Notes: a model not told the origin generated them from the letters alone. DNA of 64,000 bases from a bacterium (GCA_021463485.1 JAJTYJ010000003.1:88380-152379), one strand, 5' to 3'; positions 1 through 12,921 are shown, counted from the stretch's first letter. Made by a program: numbers and translations.

Positions 1-1513
1 CTTCGCGCAGTAAATTAACACCAATTAAAATATCAAAAGTGCCCTTACGTAATTCGCGCAAAATCTCAACCCGTTCCAACGTTTCGATATCACTGTGGAG
101 ATAGCGAACTTTATACTCTTTTTCTTGTAGGAAATCGGCTAGCTCTTCGGCCATCTTTTTTGTGAGCGTAGTCACTAATACTCGTTCTTGTTTCTCGACG
201 CGGTCTTTAATGTGTTCTAATAAGTCGTCGATCTGACCTTTGGCTGGACGAATTAACAGCTCTGGATCTAGAAGACCAGTTGGCCTAATAATTTGATCAA
301 CAACATTAGTAGACTTTGTTAGCTCGTATTGCGCGGGTGTTGCCGACGTATAGATAACTTGATTCACTTTTTGCTCGAATTCAGGGAATTTTAACGGTCG
401 ATTATCCCTGGCGGAAGGAAGTCTAAAACCGTGTTCAATAAGTACGTCCTTTCGAGCTCTATCGCCGTTGTACATCCCGTTTAATTGAGAGATCGTGACG
501 TGAGATTCGTCGATTACTGTTAAAAAGTCGTCAGGAAAGTAATCGAGCAAGGTGCTCGGCGTTCGACCGGGTTCGCCGCCGTCAAAATGTCGTGAGTAAT
601 TCTCGATACCGTTGCAATACCCAACCTCGCGGATCATCTCCATATCGTAAATTGTTCGTCGTCTTAAGCGCTCTGCCTCGAGCAACTTATCGTTGGCTTC
701 GAGGACTTTCAACCTATCTTTTAGCTCACTATCAATTGATTTGAGTGCGCGTTCGATTTGTTCTGGCGGAGTAACAAAGTGACGTGACGGGTAAATAACA
801 GCAACGCGTAAACTTATTAACTCGTGATTTGTGACTGGATCGATTTCAATAATATCCTCGATTGTATCGCCGAACATACTAATACGAATGATCCGTTGTA
901 AGTTAGCTGGCATAATCTCAATGTTTTCGCCGCGAACGCGGAAATTTCCTCTCGAAAGTTCGATGTCATTGCGCTGATATTGCAAGAAAATAAGCTTGTC
1001 TATTAAAACGTCACGGCTAACTGTCTCTCCTTTACGTACGACAATTGTTGCTTTTTGATACTCCTCAGCTGAGCCAAGGCCGTAGATACAAGAAACTGAA
1101 GCGACCACGATGACATCTTTTCGGCTTAATACCGCCTGAGTCGCAGCGTGACGAAGGCGATCAATCTCGTCGTTAATTTGCGCCTCCTTTTCGATGTATG
1201 TATCCGAGTTCGGCATGTATGCTTCTGGTTGATAGTAGTCGTAGTAGCTCACGAAGTACTCGACAGCGTTCTTGGGGAAAAAGTGACGAAATTCGCTAGT
1301 TAGTTGGGCGGCTAACGTTTTGTTATGGGCAATCACTAGTGTCGGTTTTTGAGTAGCGGCGATCACATTAGCAATGGTAAATGTTTTACCAGAACCCGTT
1401 ACACCAAGAAGCGTTTGGTGTTTTTCGCCCTTTTTTATGCCCGCACTAAGTGAAGCGATTGCTTTAGGCTGATCGCCGGCTGGTGTGACGTTACTGTTTA
1501 ACTCAAACTTCAT
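1..1513 (-). CDS. uvrB: Excinuclease ABC subunit B (UvrB), N-terminal ~500 aa; C-terminus lies beyond window start
   Basis: Reverse translation from ATG at 1513 gives [22 protein letters not shown]...[10 protein letters not shown] (Walker A) with helicase and UvrB motifs; open to position 1. Confidence 0.9.
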   Translation of the reverse strand, partial: MKFELNSNVTPAGDQPKAIASLSAGIKKGEKHQTLLGVTGSGKTFTIANVIAATQKPTLVIAHNKTLAAQLTSEFRHFFPKNAVEYFVSYYDYYQPEAYMPNSDTYIEKEAQINDEIDRLRHAATQAVLSRKDVIVVASVSCIYGLGSAEEYQKATIVVRKGETVSRDVLIDKLIFLQYQRNDIELSRGNFRVRGENIEIMPANLQRIIRISMFGDTIEDIIEIDPVTNHELISLRVAVIYPSRHFVTPPEQIERALKSIDSELKDRLKVLEANDKLLEAERLRRRTIYDMEMIREVGYCNGIENYSRHFDGGEPGRTPSTLLDYFPDDFLTVIDESHVTISQLNGMYNGDRARKDVLIEHGFRLPSARDNRPLKFPEFEQKVNQVIYTSATPAQYELTKSTNVVDQIIRPTGLLDPELLIRPAKGQIDDLLEHIKDRVEKQERVLVTTLTKKMAEELADFLQEKEYKVRYLHSDIETLERVEILRELRKGTFDILIGVNLLRE

Positions 1514-1668
1514 TAGTTAGTCGATTGTAACAACCCTGTTTTAACCTGTAAAACAACATATACCCTTGACAGGTTGTATTAGGGTATCTACCTTGAGCTA
1601 CAGGTAGCGACAGCAGTTACTACCGACAAATTAAGAAATAACACTGCGGGGAAGGAGGTGAACGAATA

Positions 1669-1869
1669 ATGGCATTTAGCACCGTTTCAAAAAAATCCGG
1701 CAAGACCTACTACCTCCATCACCGTAGCGTAACTCTACGAGGAGGTCGTCAGCAGACGATCTACTTCTTTGCTCAGGATGTCCGCGATGGCGCTCTTGAC
1801 GCAGTCCCCGCAGGATACATGGTAATGGAAAACGCACGAACTGGTCTTCCAATGTTGAAGAAGGCGTAA
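1669..1869 (+). CDS. Small hypothetical protein (66 aa)
   Basis: GGAAGGAGGTG Shine-Dalgarno 7 nt upstream of ATG; followed by a clean rho-independent terminator; no recognisable family. Confidence 0.4.
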   Translation: MAFSTVSKKSGKTYYLHHRSVTLRGGRQQTIYFFAQDVRDGALDAVPAGYMVMENARTGLPMLKKA

Positions 1870-1892
1870 GATTGTGAGTTCTCACGCAAAAA

Positions 1893-1919
1893 ATCCGCAG
1901 CTAACTGCGGATTTTTTGT
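1893..1919 (+). terminator. Rho-independent terminator
   Basis: 8-bp stem ATCCGCAG/CTGCGGAT with CTAA loop followed by TTTTTTG. Confidence 0.75.
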
Positions 1920-1940
1920 TGTAACGGGTATATACTACTA

Positions 1941-3308
1941 GTGTTAGGAATGAAAAAATTCAACCTATATTTTGCGGTACTCTCGGTGGTCGCAGACGCA
2001 ATCCTTCTCTGGGCAGCGATGTATATCGCGTATTATCAACGCGCCGATGGGCACGAAATTTATCTCTGGCCACTCTCTAGTTATTTCACATTCGTCTTAA
2101 AGTTTATCCCGATCTGGCTTCTAATGATGGCGTATCAAGGCCTGTACCGGCTCCGTAATCCACTAAAGGGCTGGACGGCGGTAGCACGAATTATTACCGC
2201 GATATTGTCTGGTTGGGGTGTGATACTCATTTATCTATATTTATCTCGATCTCCCGAGTCATTAGTTTTCCCGCGATTAATCATCGCTTACGGAGCGCTG
2301 TTAACAGTAACATTTGTCTTGATCGGTCGATCGTTACTCGATTCGTTTCGTAAGTTTCTACACCGATACGGATACGGATTTATACATACGGTTATTATCG
2401 CCAAATCGCCTCAAGATAGTTTCGTAATCGAAGTCCAGAAACCCATCCATAACAGGAAAGTAAGAGCAGTTGTTACTAGCGACTTTATTAACCAGCTAAA
2501 TAAGATCGAGCGTAAGGATCGGTTCGAAGAAGTGGTAGTTGCTTGGCCAGATCTTGACGAAAAAGAAGTTTTTAAGATTATCGATTGGGCTGAGTCCCAT
2601 TTCGTTAACTTTGCCCAAATACCGACTTTGCTTGATGTGAAGGCATCGAGGGTTGAGCCTGGTGTTTTAGCCGGTTCGCCGATTATTTACTTCCAATCAT
2701 CGCCGCTTGATGGGTGGGGGAGAGTGTTTAAACGTTTACTGGATTTACTAGTTGTCACTCCCGCACTGATTGTCGCTTTACCGTTGTTTGCAGTGCTTTC
2801 TCTCTTAGTACGAATGTCGTCACCCGGCCCGATAATCTATCGTGAACGGCGGATCGGTCAGGATGGAAGCGAGATAATGATCGGTAAATTTAGAAGTATG
2901 TACGCTGATTGGCGCGAACGATTCCCGCACGTTAAAGATTGGGCGGCCGATGAAAAAACCGATATTCGTATTACTCCGATCGGCCGAATATTACGCAAAA
3001 CTAACCTAGATGAAATCCCGCAACTTTGGGATGTTTTTGTTGGTCGGATGAGCTTAGTCGGACCGCGTCCCGAGCAGCCAAAATACGTTAAGCAATTTGC
3101 AGAAGAGGTGCCACAATACATTAAACGACACCACGTTAAGGTAGGCTTAACGGGTTGGGCGCAGATTAACGGCTTACGTGGCAACACTCCAATCCCTGAG
3201 CGAACGAAATACGATCTTTATTATATTCAGAATTGGTCAATTTGGTTCGACATTAGAATTATTCTTGGTACGTTACTGTACATGGGAAAACAGCTATTCA
3301 GCCGATGA
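1941..3308 (+). CDS. Polyprenyl-phosphate sugar phosphotransferase (bacterial sugar transferase, WbaP/EPS family)
   Basis: Multi-TM N-terminus; C-terminal bacterial sugar transferase domain motifs (PIIYRERRIG...KFRSM...LVGPRPE, DxxP...W). Confidence 0.75.
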   Translation: MLGMKKFNLYFAVLSVVADAILLWAAMYIAYYQRADGHEIYLWPLSSYFTFVLKFIPIWLLMMAYQGLYRLRNPLKGWTAVARIITAILSGWGVILIYLYLSRSPESLVFPRLIIAYGALLTVTFVLIGRSLLDSFRKFLHRYGYGFIHTVIIAKSPQDSFVIEVQKPIHNRKVRAVVTSDFINQLNKIERKDRFEEVVVAWPDLDEKEVFKIIDWAESHFVNFAQIPTLLDVKASRVEPGVLAGSPIIYFQSSPLDGWGRVFKRLLDLLVVTPALIVALPLFAVLSLLVRMSSPGPIIYRERRIGQDGSEIMIGKFRSMYADWRERFPHVKDWAADEKTDIRITPIGRILRKTNLDEIPQLWDVFVGRMSLVGPRPEQPKYVKQFAEEVPQYIKRHHVKVGLTGWAQINGLRGNTPIPERTKYDLYYIQNWSIWFDIRIILGTLLYMGKQLFSR

Positions 3309-4402
3309 AAGTAGCTCTCGTTCACGACTTTTTTACGCAGTGGGGCGGCGGTGAGCGCGTTTTGAAATACTTCAGCGACATTTATCCCGATGCGCCGATC
3401 TACTTGATTGCGAAAGACCAGAAGTTAATTGATGAGTTTTTGCCAGGGAGAACAATTATTCCGAGTTTTCTTCAAGATTATCCGGGCATGCCAGCTGCGT
3501 TTAAGTATTATCTGTCGTTAATGCCACGAGCGATCGAGTCGTTTGATCTTTCTAGCTACGACGTTGTGCTATCCGACTCCTCTGCTTACGCCAAGGGCGC
3601 GATTACCAAGCCGCCGACGAAGCATATCTGCTATCTTCACACACCGACACGATACCTAACCAGCGACAAAGAAGAGTATCTAGCTAATGCCCCAATTCCA
3701 CTACCTTTGATTGGTAGGCCGGTGGTACGAGCGATCACAAACTCATTGGCTAAATGGGATTTACAAGCCAGTAAGCGACCGGATTATTTAATCGCAAATT
3801 CTAATTACATCGCCGAAAGAACTAAAAAATACTACGGACGAGTACCAGATGAAGTGTTATTTCCGCCGGTTGACGTTGCAAGGTACAAAATTGCCGAACA
3901 GATCGGCGATTATTGGCTGATTTTAGGACGCAACGAGCCGTACAAACGCACCGATCTTGCGATAGTGGCTGCTAATAAACTAGGGCTAAAGCTAAAAGTT
4001 GTTGGCGGTGGAACAAAGATGCAAGAACTAAAATCGCTTGCTGGACCAACAGTCGAATTCACGGGTCGAGTCAGCGACGACGAACTAGTTGAACTTTACT
4101 CGCATGCAATCGGACTAATTTTTCCACCCAAAGAAGACGCGGGGATGACGCCGCTAGAAGCCATGGCGAGCGGCCGACCAGTTATCGCTTACGGTGAGGG
4201 CGGCGCCCTCGAGTCGATTGTGGCGGGAGTAACGGGCGAATTTTTTAACCAGCAATCGGTCGATTCGTTGTGCGAGGTTCTTAAAAATTTCGATATCTCT
4301 AAATACAATCCAGCAACAATCCGTGATCACGCAATGAAATTCGACGTCGAAAAATTTAAAAATCGCATTCGAGATATCGTTAGCGCTCAGTTATCTAGCT
4401 GA
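3305..4402 (+). CDS. Glycosyltransferase family 4 (GT-B, group 1)
   Basis: ATGA start/stop overlap with upstream gene; C-terminal EDAGMTPLEAMASGRPVIAYGEGGALE is the GT4 E-x7-E signature. Confidence 0.75.
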   Translation: MKVALVHDFFTQWGGGERVLKYFSDIYPDAPIYLIAKDQKLIDEFLPGRTIIPSFLQDYPGMPAAFKYYLSLMPRAIESFDLSSYDVVLSDSSAYAKGAITKPPTKHICYLHTPTRYLTSDKEEYLANAPIPLPLIGRPVVRAITNSLAKWDLQASKRPDYLIANSNYIAERTKKYYGRVPDEVLFPPVDVARYKIAEQIGDYWLILGRNEPYKRTDLAIVAANKLGLKLKVVGGGTKMQELKSLAGPTVEFTGRVSDDELVELYSHAIGLIFPPKEDAGMTPLEAMASGRPVIAYGEGGALESIVAGVTGEFFNQQSVDSLCEVLKNFDISKYNPATIRDHAMKFDVEKFKNRIRDIVSAQLSS

Positions 4403-4428
4403 CAGCTTGAAAATTCTTCTCTATAATT
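4399..4428 (+). promoter_or_regulatory. Putative sigma70-like promoter (CTGACA-18-TATAAT)
   Basis: Perfect -10 TATAAT, 5/6 -35, 18-nt spacer, about 35 nt upstream of the AGGTG RBS of the next gene. Confidence 0.45.
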
Positions 4429-4464
4429 CATTTACAACCTTACGGCACATAAGAGGTGTACATT

Positions 4465-4950
4465 ATGAACAATAAACGCAAACTTGTGGCAATTAGCCAC
4501 AACTACATCGGTGAGACGTTAGCCAAAAGTCTTCCAAACAAGCCGATCGAGCTTGAGCAGCGAGTGGTGATCCCCATCTCTGCCGAGCATCTTCTGGCTG
4601 CTCAACGGCCAAGAGCGGGTAGATTTGAGAACCGCGACTGGATGATTCAACAAGTTCGTGATCTGGAAATCGCCCTACAATCACCGGATCTGCTATTGCT
4701 CTATATTGGCAGATCACCGATGCTCGACGCTCTCAACTTCGCAACCCTGTTCGAGTCGGCAGAGATTCATTTGGTGTTAAACCGCGAACGTGACGTCGAG
4801 CTCAACTTCCAAGAGTCTTGGGATACTCGCCAATGGTCGTACTGGCCGATTCTGCACTTCGCTGAGACGACCGGCAACTGCACGATGGCGCGTCTGGTTG
4901 ATCAATTCATCAACGCCGGATTTATCCAGCCTGAACCGATTTGGTGGTAA
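4465..4950 (+). CDS. Hypothetical protein (162 aa)
   Basis: AAGAGGTG RBS 7 nt upstream of ATG 4465 (the ORF track's GTG at 4456 is less likely); no family recognised. Confidence 0.5.
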   Translation: MNNKRKLVAISHNYIGETLAKSLPNKPIELEQRVVIPISAEHLLAAQRPRAGRFENRDWMIQQVRDLEIALQSPDLLLLYIGRSPMLDALNFATLFESAEIHLVLNRERDVELNFQESWDTRQWSYWPILHFAETTGNCTMARLVDQFINAGFIQPEPIWW

Positions 4951-4954
4951 GCCC

Positions 4955-4978
4955 GCGGCGACTTGTTCGCCGCTTTTT
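4955..4978 (+). terminator. Rho-independent terminator
   Basis: 7-bp stem GCGGCGA/TCGCCGC with CTTGT loop followed by TTTTT. Confidence 0.7.
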
Positions 4979-5002
4979 ATTGCTTACAAACGGGTTGCCT
5001 AA

Positions 5003-6973
<1,971 letters not shown>

Positions 6974-7039
6974 ATGAGAAAAATAATGATATCTTTATGT
7001 CTTTTCTCAATACAAGATTTCGAAATAGATAATTAATTC

Positions 7040-9637
7040 ATGGACGAAGAACTACGAAACGATTCAGCTGAGCAACTACCACAAGAGCCGATCGAAGATA
7101 CGGTAGATTCTGATACTCCCGAAACACAACCAAACGTTGTGGAGCAGCCACGAGAAGTTGTAGAGGAAAACTCAACCGAAAAAACATCGTTCGGTTTAAT
7201 TAGAGCACGATCAATTAATAACGAGATGAGTGAGAGCTATCTCGATTACGCGATGAGCGTTATCGTCTCTCGTGCACTTCCTGACGTTCGCGACGGCTTG
7301 AAGCCGGTGCATCGCCGTATTCTTTACGCCATGCATGATATGGGATTAACGCCGGGCGCAAAACACCGAAAATCAGCCAAGATCAACGGTGAAGTTTTAG
7401 GTAACTACCACCCGCACGGCGAGTTAGCGGTCTACGACGCGATGGTTCGTATGGCTCAGTGGTGGAGTTTGCGCTTACCGTTAGTTAACGGTCAGGGAAA
7501 CTTTGGATCGATGGACGGCGACTCTCCGGCTGCATCGCGATACACCGAGGCGCGTCTTGCGCCGCCCGCCGAAGCGCTATTAGCTGATATCGAGAAAGAA
7601 ACTGTCGATTATCGTGACAACTACGACGGTACACGCCAAGAACCGGTAGTTCTACCCACGCGATTACCAAATCTGTTAATCAACGGCTCACAAGGGATCG
7701 CTGTCGGTATGGCAACCAATATACCGCCGCACAATCCTGCTGAAGTTATCGACGGTCTACTTGTTCTACAGAAAAATCCAACAGCCTCGTTAGAAGAGCT
7801 GATGGAAGCAGTAAAAGGACCAGATTTTCCAACCGGCGGTATTATTTATAACCAAAACGATATTAAAGAAGCGTTTGCAACTGGACGCGGACGGATATTA
7901 ATTCGCGGTCGAGCGGAGATCGTCGAAGATAAAAAAAGAGAACAAATCGTTGTTACAGAGCTACCGTATCAGACCAACAAAGCAACGTTTATCGTTCATA
8001 TCGCCGAATTGGTTAAAGCTAAAAAAATTGAGGGTATCCACGACATTCGCGACGAATCCGATCGCAAAGAAGGTGTCAGAGTAGTGATCGAGCTAAAAAC
8101 CGGCGCCGTTTCTTCTAAGATTTTAAACCAGTTATACGAGCTAACCGAATTACAAACGGTAATTCACTACAATATGGTGGCGCTTGTCGACGGTATTCAA
8201 CCGAAAGTTCTAACCCTAACCGAAGCCCTAACAGAATTCTTGGGCCACCGCACTGACGTTGTGACGCGCCGCACTAACTACGAGCTCAAAATCGCCAAGG
8301 CCAGAGCTCACATATTAGAAGGATTAAAAATCGCGCTTGATCATTTGGACGCGATTATTAAATTAATTCGCGAGTCTGCTAACCGAGATGCTGCTAAGGC
8401 GGCGCTTATGAATTCGTACAAATTAAGCGAGATTCAAGCCAACGCTATTCTTGACATGCGCCTCTCGCAGCTAGCGAACCTTGAGCGTCAAAAAATCTAC
8501 GACGAATACGACGCTGTGATGAAGCTAATCGCCGATCTCGAAGATATTTTGGCTAAGCCGGAGCGAGTTGAAGCGATTATTCGTGATGAACTCTTGGAAA
8601 TGAAGAAAAAGTACGGCGATGCGCGGCGAACAGAAATTCGCCCAGAAGCGCTTAACGCTATGACAGCACTCGACCTTATTCCAGAAGAAAACGTCTTAAT
8701 TACGCTTACCGCCAACAACTATGTTAAGCGCTTAACCCCAGACACGTATCGTAGCCAGTCACGTGGCGGTAAGGGTGTTATCGGGATGACGACGCGCGAA
8801 GACGACGTTGTAATGGATATGATTTTTGCTTCAACCCACGACGATATTCTTTTTTTCACCGACAAAGGTCGGGCGTTTAAGGTAAAAACCTACGAGATCC
8901 CAGCCGCAAGTCGCCAAAGCAAGGGAGTAGCGCTGCCGAATATTATCCGGATTCTACCTGATGAGAAAGTAACCGAGATCGTAAGCGTGAAAGCGAGCGA
9001 TCAATTCGAGTACTTCTTCTTCGCAACGCGCGAAGGTACTGTCAAACGAGTCGAGCGAAAAGCGTTCGATAACGTTCGTAAAAGCGGCGTTACAGCTGTT
9101 GGTCTAAAAGGTAAAGACCAACTCATCTGGGTAAAAAGAACCAGTGGTAACGATGAGATCGCTCAAATAACTAAAAACGCTCAGGTGATTGTATACAACG
9201 AATCGGAAGTTCGGGCGATGGGTCGTAGCGCCTCGGGTGTACGCGGTATTAAGCTAAAAAGCGGTGACATCGTGATCGAGACGACAGTTCTTAACGAAGC
9301 CTCGCAATCGATTTGTGTTATTAGTGAGCGTGGTATCGGAAAACGAGTGTTATTAAAAGAATTCCGAAACCAACACCGCGGCGGTAGCGGTATCAGAATC
9401 GCAAAAATCACAGAAAAAACTGGCAAACTCGCCGCTGGGGCAGTGATCGAAGAGGGAGTAAACGATTTAATAATCTCCAGCGTCGGTGGTCAAGTTATCC
9501 GTATTCCTGTTAACGACGTCAAACATCTTTCAAGGCAAGCATCCGGAGTGATCCTCATGCGAACAAACGCTGGCGATACAGTAAGTACGCTCGCTGTTGT
9601 TAACCAGGAACAAGAAACCGAGAAAGAGCCATCATAA
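7040..9637 (+). CDS. gyrA: DNA gyrase subunit A
   Basis: SYLDYAMSVIVSRALPDVRDGLKPVHRRILYAM and the C-terminal beta-pinwheel; acidic ~45-aa N-terminal extension upstream of the conserved core, so true start uncertain. Confidence 0.93.
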   Translation: MDEELRNDSAEQLPQEPIEDTVDSDTPETQPNVVEQPREVVEENSTEKTSFGLIRARSINNEMSESYLDYAMSVIVSRALPDVRDGLKPVHRRILYAMHDMGLTPGAKHRKSAKINGEVLGNYHPHGELAVYDAMVRMAQWWSLRLPLVNGQGNFGSMDGDSPAASRYTEARLAPPAEALLADIEKETVDYRDNYDGTRQEPVVLPTRLPNLLINGSQGIAVGMATNIPPHNPAEVIDGLLVLQKNPTASLEELMEAVKGPDFPTGGIIYNQNDIKEAFATGRGRILIRGRAEIVEDKKREQIVVTELPYQTNKATFIVHIAELVKAKKIEGIHDIRDESDRKEGVRVVIELKTGAVSSKILNQLYELTELQTVIHYNMVALVDGIQPKVLTLTEALTEFLGHRTDVVTRRTNYELKIAKARAHILEGLKIALDHLDAIIKLIRESANRDAAKAALMNSYKLSEIQANAILDMRLSQLANLERQKIYDEYDAVMKLIADLEDILAKPERVEAIIRDELLEMKKKYGDARRTEIRPEALNAMTALDLIPEENVLITLTANNYVKRLTPDTYRSQSRGGKGVIGMTTREDDVVMDMIFASTHDDILFFTDKGRAFKVKTYEIPAASRQSKGVALPNIIRILPDEKVTEIVSVKASDQFEYFFFATREGTVKRVERKAFDNVRKSGVTAVGLKGKDQLIWVKRTSGNDEIAQITKNAQVIVYNESEVRAMGRSASGVRGIKLKSGDIVIETTVLNEASQSICVISERGIGKRVLLKEFRNQHRGGSGIRIAKITEKTGKLAAGAVIEEGVNDLIISSVGGQVIRIPVNDVKHLSRQASGVILMRTNAGDTVSTLAVVNQEQETEKEPS

Positions 9638-11337
9638 TGACAGAAAAAAACACACTAGTATTACCCGAAGAAATTTCGGTTCGGACGCTCGCTAGCGCCA
9701 TGAAAGTTGACCCGACAGTCGTAATCGGGAAGCTAATTAGTAACGGCGTGATGGCAACCATTAACCAAACGCTCGATTACGAGACGGCAGCGCTACTAGC
9801 CGAACAGATGGGCTTTACTACTTCGCTTGAAGAAAAAACAGTCAAAATTAATAAATCTGCGCAAGGTAAAGACGCGGTCGAACGCGCCCCGATCGTTACA
9901 ATTATGGGTCACGTCGATCACGGCAAGACGTCGTTACTAGATTATATTCGCCGTTCGAACATCGCTGCTGGTGAGTCTGGCGGAATTACGCAACACATCA
10001 GCGCGTATCAAATTGAATTTACTACCAGCGAGAAGCAAAAACGCAAAATTACATTCGTCGATACCCCAGGTCATGAGGCCTTCTCGGCGCTACGAGAACA
10101 TGGCGCAACACTTACAGATATCGTCGTATTAGTAGTTGCGGCTGACGACGGTGTTAAACCGCAAACCCTGGAAGTTATTCAACACGCTAAGAAAGCCAAC
10201 GTACCGATGATTGTGGCAATTAATAAAGCTGATCTGCCTACTACTAATATCGATCGAGTTAAACAACAGCTCTCCGAAAACGACGTAACCCCAGAAGAAT
10301 GGGGCGGTTCGACAGTAATGTTACCGATCTCAGCCAAAACAGGACAGGGCGTACCCGAGCTTTTGGAGATGATCGCGTTAACTGCCGATCTACTAGAATT
10401 AAAAGCCGATCCTGACGCTGTGCCGGAAGGGATAGTGATTGAAGCAAACCTCGATAAACAAGTCGGCCCGGTCGCAACAGTACTAATGTATAACGGTACG
10501 CTTCATCCCGGCCAAGTACTGGTGATCGGTTCAACCTACGGCCGTATTCGTTCGTTAGAAGATGATCTTCGCAGTCGCATCAGTTCGGCTGGTCCTTCAA
10601 AACCCGCTATCATTACAGGCTTAAAAGACGTACCGAGCTTCGGGGAGCGAATTGAGGTAGTACCGAACGAGAAAGTTGCTCGTTCTATGACACAAAGTGA
10701 TGCTAAACATAAAAAACACGGCGCGAAAGAAGGCGCTAACACCTATAAAGTAGTGCTAAAGGCAGACGTTGGTGGAAGTTTGGCAGCCTTTGAAGACTCG
10801 TTATCTAAACTCTCATTTAAAGACGCGACAATCGAAGTTCTTTCCAGCGGCATCGGACAAGTTAATGAAAACGATATTAACTTAGCGAAAACTTCCGGCG
10901 CAACTGTCATTTCGTTTAGAAGCGCTCCGATTAAGCGCGTTGCTGATATCGCAGAAAAAGAGGGCGTAATTCTTAAAGAATATTGGATTATTTACGATGC
11001 TATCGAGTTTCTAAATAGTGAGCTGAAACGAATCGCTACACCTGTTTTCGTAACAGAAGAGGTGGCGCGCCTAAAGGTACTAGCAATTTTTAGCCGCAAA
11101 GCGAAAAACGCTATTGTTGGTGGTGAAGTAACACAGGGTGTTGTCGTACCAAATGCAGATGTTACTGTTCTACGCGAAAAAGAAGAGGTCGGTACCGCCA
11201 AACTTAAAGAAATAAAAATCGGTAAACTAACTGTCGAACGCGCCGAAACCGGTACCCAGTGTGGAGTCTCACTTGAAGAAGTTAGCGACATCGCCGAAGG
11301 GGATATGCTGGTGTTCTCAATTACGCGAGAAGAGTAA
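9637..11337 (+). CDS. infB: Translation initiation factor IF-2 (short form lacking N-terminal domains)
   Basis: TAATG overlap with gyrA stop; G-domain [21 protein letters not shown]; only 566 aa. Confidence 0.93.
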   Translation: MTEKNTLVLPEEISVRTLASAMKVDPTVVIGKLISNGVMATINQTLDYETAALLAEQMGFTTSLEEKTVKINKSAQGKDAVERAPIVTIMGHVDHGKTSLLDYIRRSNIAAGESGGITQHISAYQIEFTTSEKQKRKITFVDTPGHEAFSALREHGATLTDIVVLVVAADDGVKPQTLEVIQHAKKANVPMIVAINKADLPTTNIDRVKQQLSENDVTPEEWGGSTVMLPISAKTGQGVPELLEMIALTADLLELKADPDAVPEGIVIEANLDKQVGPVATVLMYNGTLHPGQVLVIGSTYGRIRSLEDDLRSRISSAGPSKPAIITGLKDVPSFGERIEVVPNEKVARSMTQSDAKHKKHGAKEGANTYKVVLKADVGGSLAAFEDSLSKLSFKDATIEVLSSGIGQVNENDINLAKTSGATVISFRSAPIKRVADIAEKEGVILKEYWIIYDAIEFLNSELKRIATPVFVTEEVARLKVLAIFSRKAKNAIVGGEVTQGVVVPNADVTVLREKEEVGTAKLKEIKIGKLTVERAETGTQCGVSLEEVSDIAEGDMLVFSITREE

Positions 11338-11454
11338 TATTGCGTCTTGACTAACTTGTAGCTAGTCTAAAAGTAACAGGAGGGGATTATCGATTTCTTA
11401 GAGCAGATCTGGTACGGCTACTTACAATCAAACTTAACCGATGGGTCACGACTG

Positions 11455-12921
11455 TTGGGGATGATTTTCGATGTAGTCATCGTCAGCTTACTCTCGTACG
11501 TTATTTTTAAAGTTATTAATTCCCAGAAAGGGCTACGTTTTTTTGGCTGGGTTGCAGCCGCTAGCGTTGTGCTAGTTGCGAGCAGTTACGTCGCTTTGCC
11601 GGCTCTACACCTACTTGCTCAAGCAGCGTTGGTCGTACTTCTAGTAAGTTTCCCGATATTATTTCACCAAGAGTGGCAAGCAGTACTAGATAAAAATACT
11701 CAAGCGCCACCAACCGTCCCGCTTTCGCCCGCAATTCGGATACTGCTAAGTATTGGCCTGGCTTTGCTATTTGTGGGGATGACAGTTGGTTCCTCGACGA
11801 AAGTTGGCCAACTCTCACAAGAGATACCGATAAAAGCTGTAAACGTGCCAGACGGAATGTCTGCACGTGTTAGTGGTGATCAACGCGTTACTATTTTAAT
11901 TTCTGCGCCAAGAGAAGATTGGCGTTCAGTTACTCCCGAAGCGTTCTCGGCTACCGTTGACGTCGCTAAGCAGTCTGAAGGAACGTACGATTTGGCTGTG
12001 ACCGTAACCTCGAAAGTCGCCAGCGTTAAGATACTAAAAATTAAGCCGTCGCGAGCTTTTGTTAGCGTCGAGCCAGTTATTCGCAAGACCGTGCCGGTAA
12101 CAGTCAAATACTCTGGAAAAGCTGGTGACGATTTGGTGCCGGGTGAAGCAAAAATTACCCCCGATAAAGTTGAGATATCTGGTGCTAAATCCTTAATCAA
12201 CGATTTAACACAAGCTGTTGTCGCCGTGAAACTAAACGGCGAAGTAAAACCGATTGAACAAAAAGCCACACTCCGCGTTGAGAACTCCTCAGGCGAAACT
12301 CTTGAAGGCGTTACCTTTACTCCGGCCGAGGTAGCGTTAACGATTCCGCTCGTTAAAGCCGGGAAAGTAAAAACTGTTGGTATCAAACCAGTGTTGAGTG
12401 GTCAGCCTGCTACCGGATTTTGGGTTAAGTCCGTTACTGTTTCTCCGTCAACTGTTTCTGTCACTGGTCCAGTCGAACAGCTGAGCCTTCTAACCGATGT
12501 ACCGACAGCGCCGCTGACGATCACCGGTATTTCAGAAAACACCGAGCAGCAACTGGTTCTAAACCTACCAAGCGGTATTACCGTCGCTGATACCGTCACT
12601 AAAGTTAAGGTGACCGTAACGCTGGCCAAAATCGAAACGACAAAATCAATTAATCCTGAGATAGTGTACGTTGGAATCGATCCGGCTTTGAAGGTAGCGA
12701 GTATCTCGCCAAACGCAATTACGGCAATAGTTTCCGGCGCCAGCGATATACTTAACGGTTTAACCGGCGCTCAGATAAAGCTCAATCTTGATCTTTCGGC
12801 GTACAAATCGGCTGGTACTTACTCGGTTAATATTAAAAACACAAATTTCACGCTGATTGACGGTGTTAGTTTAGTGAGCTTCCTTCCGTCAGCAATTGGT
12901 GTTACGTTAGAAAATAGATGA
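11455..12921 (+). CDS. YbbR-repeat (CdaR-like) protein with a CdaA-like 3-TM N-terminal module; no DAC domain
   Basis: N-terminal ~90 aa has three TM helices resembling the diadenylate cyclase CdaA membrane domain (…VIFKVINSQKG…ILFHQEWQAVL); the rest is ~4 YbbR-like beta repeats; start codon uncertain (TTG 11455 or ATG 11461, frame open back to 11377). Confidence 0.7.
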   Translation: MGMIFDVVIVSLLSYVIFKVINSQKGLRFFGWVAAASVVLVASSYVALPALHLLAQAALVVLLVSFPILFHQEWQAVLDKNTQAPPTVPLSPAIRILLSIGLALLFVGMTVGSSTKVGQLSQEIPIKAVNVPDGMSARVSGDQRVTILISAPREDWRSVTPEAFSATVDVAKQSEGTYDLAVTVTSKVASVKILKIKPSRAFVSVEPVIRKTVPVTVKYSGKAGDDLVPGEAKITPDKVEISGAKSLINDLTQAVVAVKLNGEVKPIEQKATLRVENSSGETLEGVTFTPAEVALTIPLVKAGKVKTVGIKPVLSGQPATGFWVKSVTVSPSTVSVTGPVEQLSLLTDVPTAPLTITGISENTEQQLVLNLPSGITVADTVTKVKVTVTLAKIETTKSINPEIVYVGIDPALKVASISPNAITAIVSGASDILNGLTGAQIKLNLDLSAYKSAGTYSVNIKNTNFTLIDGVSLVSFLPSAIGVTLENR

